Of a stretch of 64,000 nt of DNA, positions 51,140 to 62,910 are shown piece after piece. Each line of letters starts with the position of its first letter. The first letter of the stretch is position 1. Where the stretch lies: contig NC_086097.1 in assembly GCF_963921235.1 (NCBI RefSeq), forward strand, positions 110,734,001-110,798,000, read 5' to 3'. Both the position numbers and the translations under genes were made by a program. The notes below the pieces were generated by a model, which saw only the letters and a list, made by a program, of their open reading frames with translations, made no database searches and was not told the origin of the DNA. Source of the stretch: Mobula hypostoma (Eukaryota).

Positions 51140-53038
51140 AGAACCATAGAACCATAGAAACTACAGCACAGAAACAGGCCCTTTGGCCCTTCTTGGCTGT
51201 GCCGAACCATTTTCTGCCTAGTCCCACTGACCTGCACACGGACCATATCTCTCCATACACCTCCCATCCATGTATCTGTCCAATTTATTCTTAAATGTTA
51301 AAAAAGAACCCGCATTTACCACCTCGTCTGGCAGCTCATTCCATACTTCCACCACTCTCTGTGTGAAGAAGCCCCCCCTAATGTTCCCTTTAAACTTTTC
51401 CCCCCTCACCCTTAACCCATGTCCTCTGGTTTTTTTCTCCCCTTGCCTCAGTGGAAAAAGCCTGCTTGCATTCACTCTATCTATACCCATTATAATTTTA
51501 TATACCTCTATCAAATCTCCCCTCATTCTTCTACGCTCCAGGGAATAAAGTCCTAACCTATTCAACCTTTCTCTGTAACTGAGTTTCTCAAGTCCCAGCA
51601 ACATCCTTGTAAACCTTCTCTGCACTCTTTCAACCTTATTTATATCCTTCCTGTAATTTGGTGACCAAAACTGAACACAATACTCCAGATTCAGCCTCAC
51701 CAATGCCTTATACAACCTCATCATAACATTCCAACTCTTATACTCAATACTTTGATTAATAAAGGCCAATGTACCAAAACCTCTCTTTACGACCCTATCT
51801 ACCTGTGACGCCACTTTTAGGGAATTTTGTATCTGTATTCCCAGATCCCTCTGTTCCACTGCACTCCTCAGTGCCTTACCATTAACCCTGTATGTTCTAC
51901 GTTGGTTTGTCCTTCCAACGTGCAATACCTCACACTTGTCAGTATTAAACTCCATCTGCCATTTTTCAGCCCATTTTTCCAGCTGGTCCAAGTCCCTCTG
52001 CAGGCTCTGAAAACTTTCTTCACTGTCTACTACACCTCCAATCTTTGTATCATCAGCAAACTTGCTGATCCAATTTACCACATTACCATCCAGATCATTG
52101 ATATAGATGACAAATAACAATGGACCCAGCACTGATCCCTGTGGCACACCACTAGTCACAGGCCTCCACTCAGAGAAGTAATTCTCTACCACCACTCTCT
52201 GGCTTCTTCCATCGAGCCAATGTCTAATCCAATTTACCACCTCTCCATATATACCTAGCGACTGAATTTTCCTAACTAACCTCCCATGCGGGACCTTGTC
52301 AAAGGCCTTACTGAAGTCCATGTAGACAATATCCACTGCCTTCCCTTCATCCACTTTCCTGGTAACCTCCTCGAAAAACTCCAACAGATTGGTCAAACAT
52401 GACCTACCACGCACAAAGCCATGTTGACTCTCCCTAATAAGCCCCTGTCTATCCAAATGCTTGTAGATTCTGTCTCTTAGTACTCCCTCCAATAACTTAC
52501 CTACTACTGACGTTAAACTCACCGGCCTATAATTTCCTGGATTACTTTTCGATCCTTTTTTAAACAACGGAACAACATGAGCCACTCTCCAATCCTCCGG
52601 CACTTCACCCGTAGACAGCGATATTTCTGCCAGGGCCCCTGAAATTTCGACACTAGTCTCCTTCAAGGTCAGAGGGAACACTCTGTCAAGTCCCGGGGAC
52701 TTATCCACTTTAATTTTCCTCAAGACAGCAAGCACCTCCTCCTTTTCAATCTATACAGTTTCCATGGTCTCACTACTTGATTCCCTCAATTCCATAGATT
52801 TCATGCCAGCTTCCTTAGTAAATACAGATGCAAAAAACCTATTTAAGATCTCCCCCATTTCCTTTGGTTCCGCACAAAGCCGACCACTCTGATCTTCAAG
52901 AGGACCAATTTTATTCCTTACAATCCTTTTGCTCTTAATATACTTGTAAAAGCTCTTTGGATTATCCTTCACTTTGACTGCCAAGGCAACCTCATGTCTT
53001 CTTTTAGCCCTCCTGATTTCTTTCTTAAGTATTTTCTT
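51140..53038 (-). mobile_element. Young CR1 LINE with an uninterrupted 505-aa RT ORF
   Basis: ORF 51218..52735; same subfamily as 38667-41490; 6-bp TSD/microhomology gcactt at 51134-51139 and 53039-53044. Confidence 0.95.
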
Positions 53039-53528
53039 GCACTTGTTCTGCTTACAAGGATAAGTGCCGGGAGGGAGATCGGTGGGAAGGGATGGGGGGG
53101 ACAAATGGACAAGGGAGTTGTGTAGGGAGCAATCCCTGCGGAAAGCAGACAGAGGGAGAGAAAGATGTGCTTAGTGGTGGGATCCCATTGGAGGTGGCGG
53201 AAGTTACAGAGAATAATATGTTGGACCCGGAAGCTGGTGGAGTGGTAGGTGAGAACAAGGGGAACCCTATTCCTAGTAGGGTGGCAGGAGGATGGGGTGA
53301 GAGCAGATGTGCGTGAAATGGGAGAGATGCATTTGAGAGCAAAAATGCCATCCCCTTCTCACAATTCCTCCGTCTCAACTGCATCTGCTCTCAGGATGAG
53401 GCTTTTCATTCCAGGACGAAGAAGATGTCCACACAACAGGAATTCTGCAGATGCTGGAAATTCAAGCAACACACATCAAAGTTGCTGGTGAACGCAGCAG
53501 GCCAGGCAGCATCTCTAGGAAGAGGTAC

Positions 53529-53564
53529 AGTCGACGTTTCAGGCCGAGACCTTTCGTCAGGACT
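53529..53564 (-). ncRNA. Minimal type I hammerhead ribozyme in a Penelope-like terminal repeat
   Basis: Minus strand AGTC-CTGACGA-A-AGGTCTCGGCCT-GAAAC-GTC-GACT; core intact, stem II AGG/CCT. Confidence 0.8.
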
Positions 53565-54114
53565 AACTGAAGGAAGAGTGAGTAAGAGATTTGAAAGTTG
53601 GAGGGGGAGGGGGAGATCCAAAATGATAGGAAGAAGACAGGAGGGGGAGGGATGGAGCCAAGAGCTGGACAGGTGATTGGCAAAAGGGATACGAGAGGAT
53701 CATGGGACAGGAGGTCCGGGAAGAAAGGCAAGGGGAGGGGGGAACCCAGAGGATGGGCAAGGGGTATAGTCAGAGGGAGAAAAAGGAGAGTGAGAGAAAG
53801 AATGTGTGTATAAAAGTAAGTAATAGATGGGGTACGAGGGGGTTGCGGGGCATTAGCGGAAGTTAGAGAAGTCGATGTTCATGCCATCAGGTTGGAGGCT
53901 ACCCAGACGGAATATAAGGTGTTGTTCCTCCAACCTGAGTGTGGCTTCATCTTTACAGTAGAGGAGGCCGTGGATAGACATGTCAGAATGGGAATGGGAA
54001 TGGTTCAGAATGAAGTTTCTTTACTTAGCTCTCATTACGTAATTGTAAATTTCAGGCAGCCTTCTGTTTTTGAAAAAATTGGATTGATCCTGATATCACT
54101 TGGAAGTCTTGCTT

Positions 54115-54390
54115 ATTTACTTTTTTATTGAGATACAGTGCAGAGTAGGCCCTTTTGGTCCTCTTTGCCCAGCAGCCCCCGATTTAACCCTAGACTAACC
54201 GCGGGACAATTTACAATGACCAATTAACCTCCCAACCAGTGAGCTGTTGGACTGTGGGAGGAAGCTGGAGCACCCGGAGGAAAATCATGCAGTCACAAAG
54301 AGAACGTTCAAACTGCTTACAAGCAGCGGCAGGAATTGAACCCGGGTCACTGGTACTGTAAAGCATTGTGCTAAGCACTACGCTAACACG
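54115..54390 (-). mobile_element. tRNA-headed V-SINE/HE1-like SINE
   Basis: Minus strand has A-box-like tagcgtagtgc, B box GGTTCAATTCC and the core ccgggtgctccagcttcctcccacagtccaa. Confidence 0.8.
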
Positions 54391-54644
54391 TCATCTTGTT
54401 CCCCACCCTTTTATTAAACTCCTTATAATTCATTTGATCATTTTTTGCTGTTCCTTATCTTTCAAGTATTTTTGTGATTCTTCTGTAAGTGGACTCATTG
54501 TTCAAGTGCTTTGGCAAGTAGAGGCATCGACAGCTAAATGAACAGCTGCACTTATTTGCTGCCCTTTCACTACATTTGCCCAAATTTAAATGGACAGAAT
54601 TTCAATTTATTGATTTTTACCCAAACTTAAGAGTCTAAGGAGCA

Positions 54645-56307
54645 GCACACACAAAATGCTGCAGAAACTCAGCAGGCCAGGCAGCATCTATAGAAATGTG
54701 TACCATTGACATTTTGGGCTGAAACCTTCTGGCAGGACTGGGGAAAAAAGTTGAGGAATACATTTAAAAAGTGGGGGGAGGATTGAGAGAAATGCAAGGA
54801 GATAGGTGAAACCTGGAGGGAGAGGGATGAAGTAAAGAGCTGGGAAGTTGATTGGTAAAAGAGACAGAAGGCCATGGGAGAAAGAAAAGGGGGGAAGTAG
54901 TACCAGAGGGAGTCCACTCTGGTGACAGTCACACATTCTCCTACGCTACATCGACAACTGCATGGGTGCTGCTTCCTGCATCCATGCTGAACTCATCGAC
55001 TTCATCCACCTTGCCTCCAGCTTCCACCCTGCCTCAAATTTACCTGATCCATTTTTGACACCTCCCTCCCCTTTCTCAATCTCTCTCTGTCTCCATCTCT
55101 GGAGACAGCTTATCCACCAATGTCTATTATAAACCGATGGACTCTCACAGCAACCTGGACTCTACCTCATTCCACTCTGCTACCTGTAAAAACGCCATCC
55201 CCTTTTGTCAATTCCTCCACCTCCACCACATCTGCTCTTAGGATGAGGCTTTTCATTCTAGAACGAAGATGATGTCCTCCTTTTTCAAGAAAAGGGCTTC
55301 CCTTCTTCCACCATCAATGGAATCTTCCATTCCACACACATCTGCTCTCACTCCATCCTCCCACCACCCTACCAGGGATAGGGTTCCTCTTGTCCTCACT
55401 TATCATCCCACCAGCCTGTGTCCAGCACATAATTCCCTGAAACTTTCACCACCTCCAATAGGATCCCACCACCAAGCACACATTTTTCCTTCCCCACCCG
55501 CTTTGTTTTCTGCAGGGAACTCCCTTGTCCATTCGTCCCTCCCCACTGATCTCTCTCCTGGCACTTATCCTTGTAAACGGAAGAAGTGCTGTACTTGCCC
55601 CTACACTTCCTCCCTCACTGCCATTCAGGGCCCTACATAGTCCTTCCAGGTGAGGCACCACTTCATCTGTGAATCTGTTGGGGTCATATACCATGTCTGG
55701 TGCTCCCGGTGTGGCCTCCTGTATATTGGTGAGAATCAAAATACATTGGGAGACAGCTTCACCGAGCACCTACGTTCATCAGCCAAAAAAAGCAGGATCT
55801 CCCTGTGGCCATCTGTTTTAATTTCACTTCCCACATGTCCACACTTAGATGGAGGAACAACACCTTATATTCTGTTTGGGTAGCCTCCAGCCTGATGCAT
55901 AAACATCGATTTTTCAAACTTCCAGTAATATCCGCCACTCCTCTCCTCCTCCATTTCCCATCCCCTTGTCCCTCTCGCACCTTATCTCTTTGCCTGCCCA
56001 TTGCCTCCCTCTGGTGCTCCTCCCCCCGTTTATTTCTTCCACAGTCTTCTATTTCTTTCACTAATCAACTTCCCAGCTCTTTAGTTCAACCCCCTTCAGG
56101 TTTCACCTATTCCCTGGCGTTTCTCTCTCCCCTCCCCCCTACCTTTTAAATCTACTCCTCTACTTTTTTCTCCAGTCCTGATGAAGGATCTCAGCCGAAA
56201 ACTTCGACTGTGCTTTTTTCCACAGATACTGCCTGGCCTGCTGAGTCCTTCCAGTATTTTGTGCGTGTTGCTCGGATTTTCAGCATCTGCAGATTCTCTC
56301 TTGTTTG
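54645..56307 (+). mobile_element. 5'-truncated Penelope-like element with an inverted 5' terminal repeat
   Basis: Perfect 15-bp TSD agagtctaaggagca at 54630-54644 and 56308-56322; RT remnant (RYIDN, YYKP.DSH), GIY-YIG ORF 55650..55883 (VIYHVWCSRCGLLYIGE), degenerate hammerhead at ~56174-56209. Confidence 0.9.
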
Positions 56308-57089
56308 AGAGTCTAAGGAGCATTAGGTTATAATCCCTCTGAATTTAATTACCACATTGCTTACTTTCCCTTTTCCAGCAGTACCCTGAAATAACACTTC
56401 TGATTTTTACTTTGACCTTGTGTTTTTAATAGTAAAACAACATCAAACTATAGCAAAACTCCCATAACTTAGTACACATGGGACGCTGGTGGCGACAGGC
56501 TAGTAGCTATTCTAGATTACTGCATGTTACTCCCAGCAATATGGACGGCACAGTAGTGTCATGGTTAGTGCAACATTACAGCAACCCGGGTCTGTCTGTA
56601 AGGAGCTTCTACCTGTGATCACGTGGGTTTCCTTGGTGTGCTCTAGTTACCTCCCATATTCCATGTTTCTACAGATGTACCATGGAGAGTATACTAACAG
56701 GCTGCATCAACACCTAGTATGGTGCGAGGTGGGGTGCACTACTGCACAGAATCGGAGTATGCTGCAAGGAGCTTATGTCTCAAAAAGGCGGCATCCATCG
56801 TTACGGAACCCCATCGCCCAGGACATGACCTCTTCTCATCGTTACCATCAGGAAGGAGATACAGAAGCCTGAAAGCACACACTCAATGATTCAGGGACAG
56901 CTTTTTCCCCTCTGCCATCAGATTTCTGAATGGACATTAAACCCACAAACACTATCTCACAACTTTTTTTTTAGTATATATATTAAAACTGATTCTGATT
57001 CCAAAGACATGTGAATTAGTAAGTTAATTGGCTGTAATTGGGTGGGGCAGGATCTTTGGGCCAGGAGGGAGGGATGGATATTTCAATCT

Positions 57090-58790
57090 CATTGTAAACA
57101 TAGGGAGTTAGGCAGAAAGCAGGATCTCTAATCCGAGTCTTGGAATTATTCCCTATGCCACATGCTAGTGATAGAGCAGATGAATACACAGTATCGCTAA
57201 AGAGTTGGTACAGGAGGGAGGGCTTAGGTACTTGGATCATTTAGATTTCATCCAGAACAGGTGAGACTGAAATAAAGATAGGTTGCATCTAAACAGGCTG
57301 GGGGTCACAATACTTGCAAGCATGTTTGGTCGCTCCACTTGAGGTTGGGGAGGGAGAGGGTTTAAGTTTAAACTAATCTGGCAATAGAGTGGAGGCATGT
57401 AACTGGGCAGTAGGGGGAGAGACAAACTCTCATGTAGAGGATAAATCAATGAGGTTCAGTGGGCAGAGCAGACAGAGGCCGATTAGGGACCATGTGAGGA
57501 CTGTCAGGTTCATTGACATTTACTTTAATGGAGGGACACTCACAGGGAAGTCAGACCCGCTCAGAACACGGGTCACCTCTTGGAAGTATGACTATTCTTG
57601 CGACAACAAAAATGTAGTTGAAGGGCAGGGCTGATAGCTTAACTATCTGGGGAGCAGTGGATTCTGATATGGCAGAGGAAGAAGCAAAAGAGGACAGGGA
57701 GTCTCACAGCAGATTAGGGAGCAATGTGTCAAAGGGATATTCCGGAAGAATTGTCCAAAGAGGCCAAGTGGGTAGATGTTAGGTGTAAGAGAGACAATCA
57801 TCTTGCTGGGGTTACATTATAGGCCACCAACAGTCAATGGGAGGAAAAGAAAGGAATTGGAAGCACACCACACAATGGACTAAAAACAATATGGTTAGAG
57901 TGGAGGGGTATTTCAAGTTTCCTAACTTTGACTTTAGTGCAAGAGGCTAAGGGCCAGAGATTTTACCGAAGTCAAGAGAATTCTTTTGAAGCACTACATT
58001 TGAAGCCTTCCTAGCAATAGGGCAGTATTAACCTTACCTTAGAGAGTGGAAGCGCTTGTGGAATTCAACTCAGACAAGAGTTACTTTTTGAGGAGGTTAA
58101 AACTAGGTCACCGTGAATATCAGGGCACTCTGGAGCACAATGACATAGCTCCCTGAAACTGTCAACACAGGCAGACACGGTGGTGAAGATCATGTTTAAT
58201 ATGCTTACCCTCATTGGATGGAGCAGAGATCTGAGAAATTTTACAACTGTACAGGCATTTGAGACACCACAGCTGAAATCCGGTCACCACATGATAGGAA
58301 GAATGTGGTTAAGGTAGAGAAGATGCAGAACAGGGTCTCAAGAATATTACTGGGACTGGATGGCTTGAAGTACAGAAGACTGGAGAGATTGGGACTATTT
58401 TTCACCTGTGAGAAGACGGTGAGTTGTGATGTGACACAGGTTTATAAAATCAGGCAAGGCATAGATTAGATGGATTGTCACAGTCTTTTACCCAGAGTGG
58501 GGAGCCTAAAACTGGAGGGCACAGTTTTAAGGTGAGTGGGGAAAGATTTCAAGAAAATCTGACAGCAAGTTTTTCCACACTGAGGGTAGTGGCTCCATTA
58601 GACAAGCTGCCAGACAAAGTGGTATAGACACATACAATTACAACGTTAAAAATATGTTCATGGAGGTTCATACAGCTTTGAGGGTACATGGTCAAAGACA
58701 AGCAAATGGAACTGGCTCCAAGGAAGGCACCTTGGTTGACATGGATGAGTTTAGCTGAAGGATCCAATTCCCTGCTATAACTCTGTAACA
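57090..58790 (+). mobile_element. Heavily decayed CR1 (ORF1 esterase end, endonuclease and ORF2 3' pieces)
   Basis: Remnants of the SGNH esterase end (DRLHLNRLG), YYRPP and CR1 C-terminal motifs, with many disruptions. Confidence 0.55.
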
Positions 58791-59054
58791 TTCAATGTAG
58801 TTCCTTCATGGCACACTGCAAAAAACAGCCTAATATCTTGCAGAACAAAAATTATCTTCCATGGAAGCTCTAAGTACAGTACATATTATGTCCATGATCT
58901 CCGTTACATCGATGCATTGGAAAACCTACAGAGCAGGCATGCAAGATGATACTAAAATGGGAAGATTGTCCTCTGAGGAAAAGTTGGACAGTCTAGTTTT
59001 ATATCTGGTAAATCTAGATGAATGAACGAGGACTTAAATGAATGTATTCCACAT

Positions 59055-59750
59055 GAGAGATTGGTCAAGGAGGTTCAGTTGCTCGGCATTCAGGATGAGG
59101 TAGTAAATTGGATTAGACATTGGCTTTGAGGGAGAAGCCAGAGAGTGGCAGTAGATGGTTGCATCTCTGACTGAAGGCCTGTGACTAGTGGAGTGCTACA
59201 GGGCCTGATGCTGGCTCTGTTGTTGTTTGTCATCTATATCAAAGATCTGGATGATAATGTGGTTAACTGGATCAGCAAATTTGCTGAAGACACCAGGTCT
59301 CGGGGTGTAGTGGGCAGCGAGGAAGGCTATCATGCCTTGCAGAGGGATCTGGACCAGCTGGAAAGTGGTCTGAAAGACAGCAGATGGAATTCATGCAGAC
59401 AAGTGCAAGGTTTTGCACTTCAATAGGACCAACCACAGTAGGTCTTACACTGTGAATGGTAGGGCATTAGACAGTGCAGTAGAATAAAGGGTTCCAGGAA
59501 TACAGGTCCATAATTCATTGAAAATGGTGACTCAGGTAAATAAGGTCATATAGAAAGTTTTTGGCACATTGGCCTTCATTAGTCAAATAATTGAATACAG
59601 GAGATGATATGCCAGGTTGAAGTTGTACAAGACATTGGTGTGGCCTAATTTGGGGTATTGTGCAGTTTTGGTCGCCTACCTATAGGAAAGATGTAAATAA
59701 GGTTGAAAGAATACAGAGAAAATTTAAAAGTATGTTGCCTGGTCTGGAGA
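59055..59750 (+). mobile_element. CR1 RT fragment
   Basis: ORF 59181..59426 (TSGVLQG..LLFVIYIKDLDDNVVNWISKFAEDT). Confidence 0.85.
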
Positions 59751-59751
59751 G

Positions 59752-60085
59752 CCACTGTACATACATTATTTTTACCTTATATAGGCTGTGTATTTCTCAT
59801 ATCATTCCTGCTTTTACTATATGTTAGTGTTATTTTAGGTTTTATGTGTTATTCGGTATGATTTGGTAGGTTATTTTTTGGGTCTGGGAATGCTCAAAAA
59901 TTTTTCCCACATAAATTAATGGTAATTGCTTCTTCACTTTGCGTCATTTCGGCTTACGAACGGTTTCATAGGAACGCTCTACCTTAGCGTGGGAAATACG
60001 GGACAAGGGCGGTCCCACATGGGACAAACAAATTTAGCCCAATATACGGGATGTCCCGGCTAATACGGGACAGTTGGCAACCCTA
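59752..60085. mobile_element. Tigger-like 3' segment fused to a hAT (Blackjack/Tip100-like) terminus
   Basis: 59752-59985 matches ~25880-26085; it then switches to tacgggac repeats ending ttggcaacccta (reverse complement TAGGGTTGCCAA). Confidence 0.65.
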
Positions 60086-61100
60086 GGTGCACCACTGGTC
60101 GCTGACCTCCATGCAGAATATATCCTGTCTACAACCACTCTTTACCTTCTGTGGACAAGCCAATTCTGGATCCACAAAGCAATGTTCCCTTGGATCCCAT
60201 GTTTCCTTACTTTCTCAATAAGCCTTGTATGGGGTACCTTATCAAATGTCTTGCTGAAATCCATATACACTACATCTACTGCTCTACCTTCATCAATGTG
60301 TTTAGTCACATCCTCAAAAAATTCAGTCAGGCTCGTAAGGCACAACCTGCCTTTCACAACGCCATGCTGACTATTCCTAATTATGCCTGTCATAAATCCT
60401 GTCTCTTAGGATCTTCTCCATCAACTTACCAACCACTAAAGTAAGACTCATTGATCTATAATTTGCTGGGCCATCTCTACTCCCTTTAAGGGAACAACAT
60501 CCACAACCCTTCAATCCTCTGGAATCTCTCTCATCGCCATTGATGATACAAAGATCATTGCCAGAGGCTTGGCAATCCCCTCCTTCGCCTCCCACAGTAG
60601 CCTGAAGTACGTCTCCTCCAGTCCCAGAGACTTATCCAACTGATGCTTTCCAAAAACTCCAGATCCTCTTTCTTAATATCTACATGCTCAAGCTTTTCAG
60701 TCCACTGTAAGTCATCCCTACAATTGCCAAGATATTTTCTGTAGTGAATACCGAAGCAAAGTACTCATTAAGTACCTCTGCTATCTCCTCCGGTTCCATA
60801 CGCACTTTTCCACTGTCATAACTGATTGGTCGTATTCTTTCATGTCTTATCCTCTTGCCCCCTCACATACTTGTAGAATGCCTTGGGGTTTTCCTTAATC
60901 CTGCTTGCCAAGGCTCTCTAATTTAATACTTAAACTCCTTCCTGCTAGCCTTATAATCTTCTAGATTCATATCATGACCTAGATTTTAATCCTTTCATAA
61001 GCTCTTCTTTTCTTCTTGACTAGATTTACAACAGCCTTTGTACACCACGGATCCTGTACCCTACCATCCTTTCCCTGTCTCATTGGAACGTAGCTATGCA
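60086..61100 (-). mobile_element. CR1 ORF2 fragment
   Basis: ORF 60142..60393 (SQHGVVKGRLCLT, VYMDFSKTFDKVPH). Confidence 0.85.
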
Positions 61101-61780
61101 GAGCTCTAAGGGGTCGAAGGGTGTTAGCATGGAGTAGATGAGCAGAAGGGCCTGTTTGTGTGCTGCACTGTTCTATGACTCCATGATTCTAAGTTGCTTG
61201 GCAAGGTTTCCCTTTGAACTAAGGTTATTGAAAACAAAGGTTGCCTATTTAAGACAGACGTGTAATTTTTTTTTACACTGGGAGTTGCAAGTTTTTGGCA
61301 GTCTATTCATCATTTACAAGCAGACCTGTATATTTTTAAGATACAGGCCAGAGGCATAAATAAGCATGGGGTGAAAGGTAAACTGCAATGCAGTGGCAAT
61401 CAGATCAGCCATAATCATGTTTAAAACTAAAGGTGGATTGAGTGACTGAATGGACAACTCCTGTCCATATTTTGTATAACCCTACGCGGCATTTTCAATG
61501 CAGCACAGTTCACTTTTTAAGATTGCAACACGTACATGCAGAAAAATATGGGTTCGCTCAATAAATCTGAACCTGGTCCATGCAAACACTGGCATGCAGA
61601 ACTTGCAGTCCCCAGACCAATCAATTAAATGCAGTTGTGATCTAGGTTATCCTGTGAAACACCCACAGTCACCATTTTGCCACCAGGGTCTAAATCCAGC
61701 TGTCTTTGCTACACAATTCTTGATTGCGATATCCCAGATTAATTTGTTTACATTTGACCAACAGTACAGCAGTGCCTTAC

Positions 61781-61904
61781 CTTGGTAGCAGGGGAGCAAC
61801 TCTTTAGTTTTTGAGGATAAATTAGGTGGAATGATGTAGCAGGCACCGTGGGGCAGGATGTGATCATTCTCATAGTGGACGTTCTTCCAACGATGTGCAC
61901 ATGC
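61781..61904 (-). CDS. ITGA9: Integrin alpha-9 coding exon (equivalent to exon 4), 124 nt, phase 0 to 1
   Basis: Minus strand reads tttttag|GCATGT...TACCAAG|gtaagg and translates ACAHRWKNVHYENDHILPHGACYIIPPNLSSKTKELLPCYQ. The ACAHRWKN..HILPHG.CYIIP motif matches vertebrate integrin alpha-9 as recalled. Confidence 0.95.
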
Positions 61905-62339
61905 CTAAAAATTAAACGACATTTTAAAATACATACTTCTAGATGCTGTGAAAAGATCTTCCATGTTACTTACTCTGGTCGAAATTTCTGCCATTGCCAA
62001 TGCTAATCATTAATTGAATATGTCACAAGAACATTAGCAGACAGAAGACCATTCAGCCCATTGTAACTGTGCCACCAGTCACCAAGATCATCCCTCAATT
62101 CCCTTAACATCTAAACATTTATTGAAACTTTCTCAAATATATACAGATTCGGTGATTTTCATACAAATTACATGGTACAAGAGCACTTTGCAAACTCTCA
62201 CCTTTCTTTCCCTTTGGTCTGTCATGTAACAGCATGGTTGAAAAATAATTGTTTTTAAGATGTCATGGTGGTACAGGGTCTGAGATCTTAACCACCCCAA
62301 TTCTCAGGTCATGTTTCAGTTGTTGGAATCGTTTGTTAG

Positions 62340-62910
62340 GCAGCACTTAGAGAACTCTGTGCACTTCTGGTCACCACACTACGTGATTAAGCTAGAGAGG
62401 GTGCAGAAGAAATTCTCAAGAACATTATTGGAACTAGACAGAAATGATTTACAGGAACGTTGCCTGAACTGGAGGCTCTGAGTTACAAGGAGAACCCAAA
62501 CAGGCTGGTACGGTTTTTCTTGGAGTAATAAAAGCTGAGAGGTGACCTTGAAGAGGTTATAACATTTTGAGGGGCACAGACGGTGAAGATGATCACAATT
62601 CTTTTTTTCTCCCCAGGGCAAGGAAATCTAAAAGCAATGGTTTAAAGGAGAGAAGGAAACAATTTAAAATGACCTGAGAGACAAGCTTTTCACAATGGTA
62701 GTTATGTACATGGAAAGAGCTGCCAGAGGAAGTGGCAGAGGTGGTACATTTACAAAGTATAATAGACATTTAGAGAGGTTCATGGAAAGATTCAGAATGA
62801 TAAAGGACCAAATGCAGGCAATTGGGATGAACTCAAGAAGAAACCTTGGCTGTTGTGGAAGAATGGGCTGAGGGGCCTTTAGTTCATGCTGTACAACTCT
62901 ATCACTCTGA
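62340..62910 (+). mobile_element. Decayed CR1 3' end
   Basis: Remnants of FWSP, LERVQKKF and LRGDL motifs. Confidence 0.65.

Larger units (their letters stand above)
50314..54005 (-). mobile_element. Penelope-like element cluster (terminal repeat, GIY-YIG region, inverted segment 53341-53430, second terminal repeat), split by a CR1 insertion
   Basis: ORF 50747..51073 (FTCESAGVIYCVRCSRCSLLYIGET...PVATHFN) is a GIY-YIG endonuclease; it continues after the CR1 at 53045 (PPGTYPCKQNKC). Confidence 0.88.

Noticed and set aside
51218..52735. 505-aa ORF as a domesticated RT gene
   Set aside because: It is a 5'-truncated CR1 copy almost identical to another copy in the window; recent insertion explains the open frame.
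3348..61904. ITGA4 rather than ITGA9
   Set aside because: Diagnostic stretches (HILPHG.CYIIP, YKKKYGEEHGSCQAGIAG, MGSYFGSSLCAV, RDEGQVTV.INRGN, YNAHFGE) match alpha-9 as recalled.
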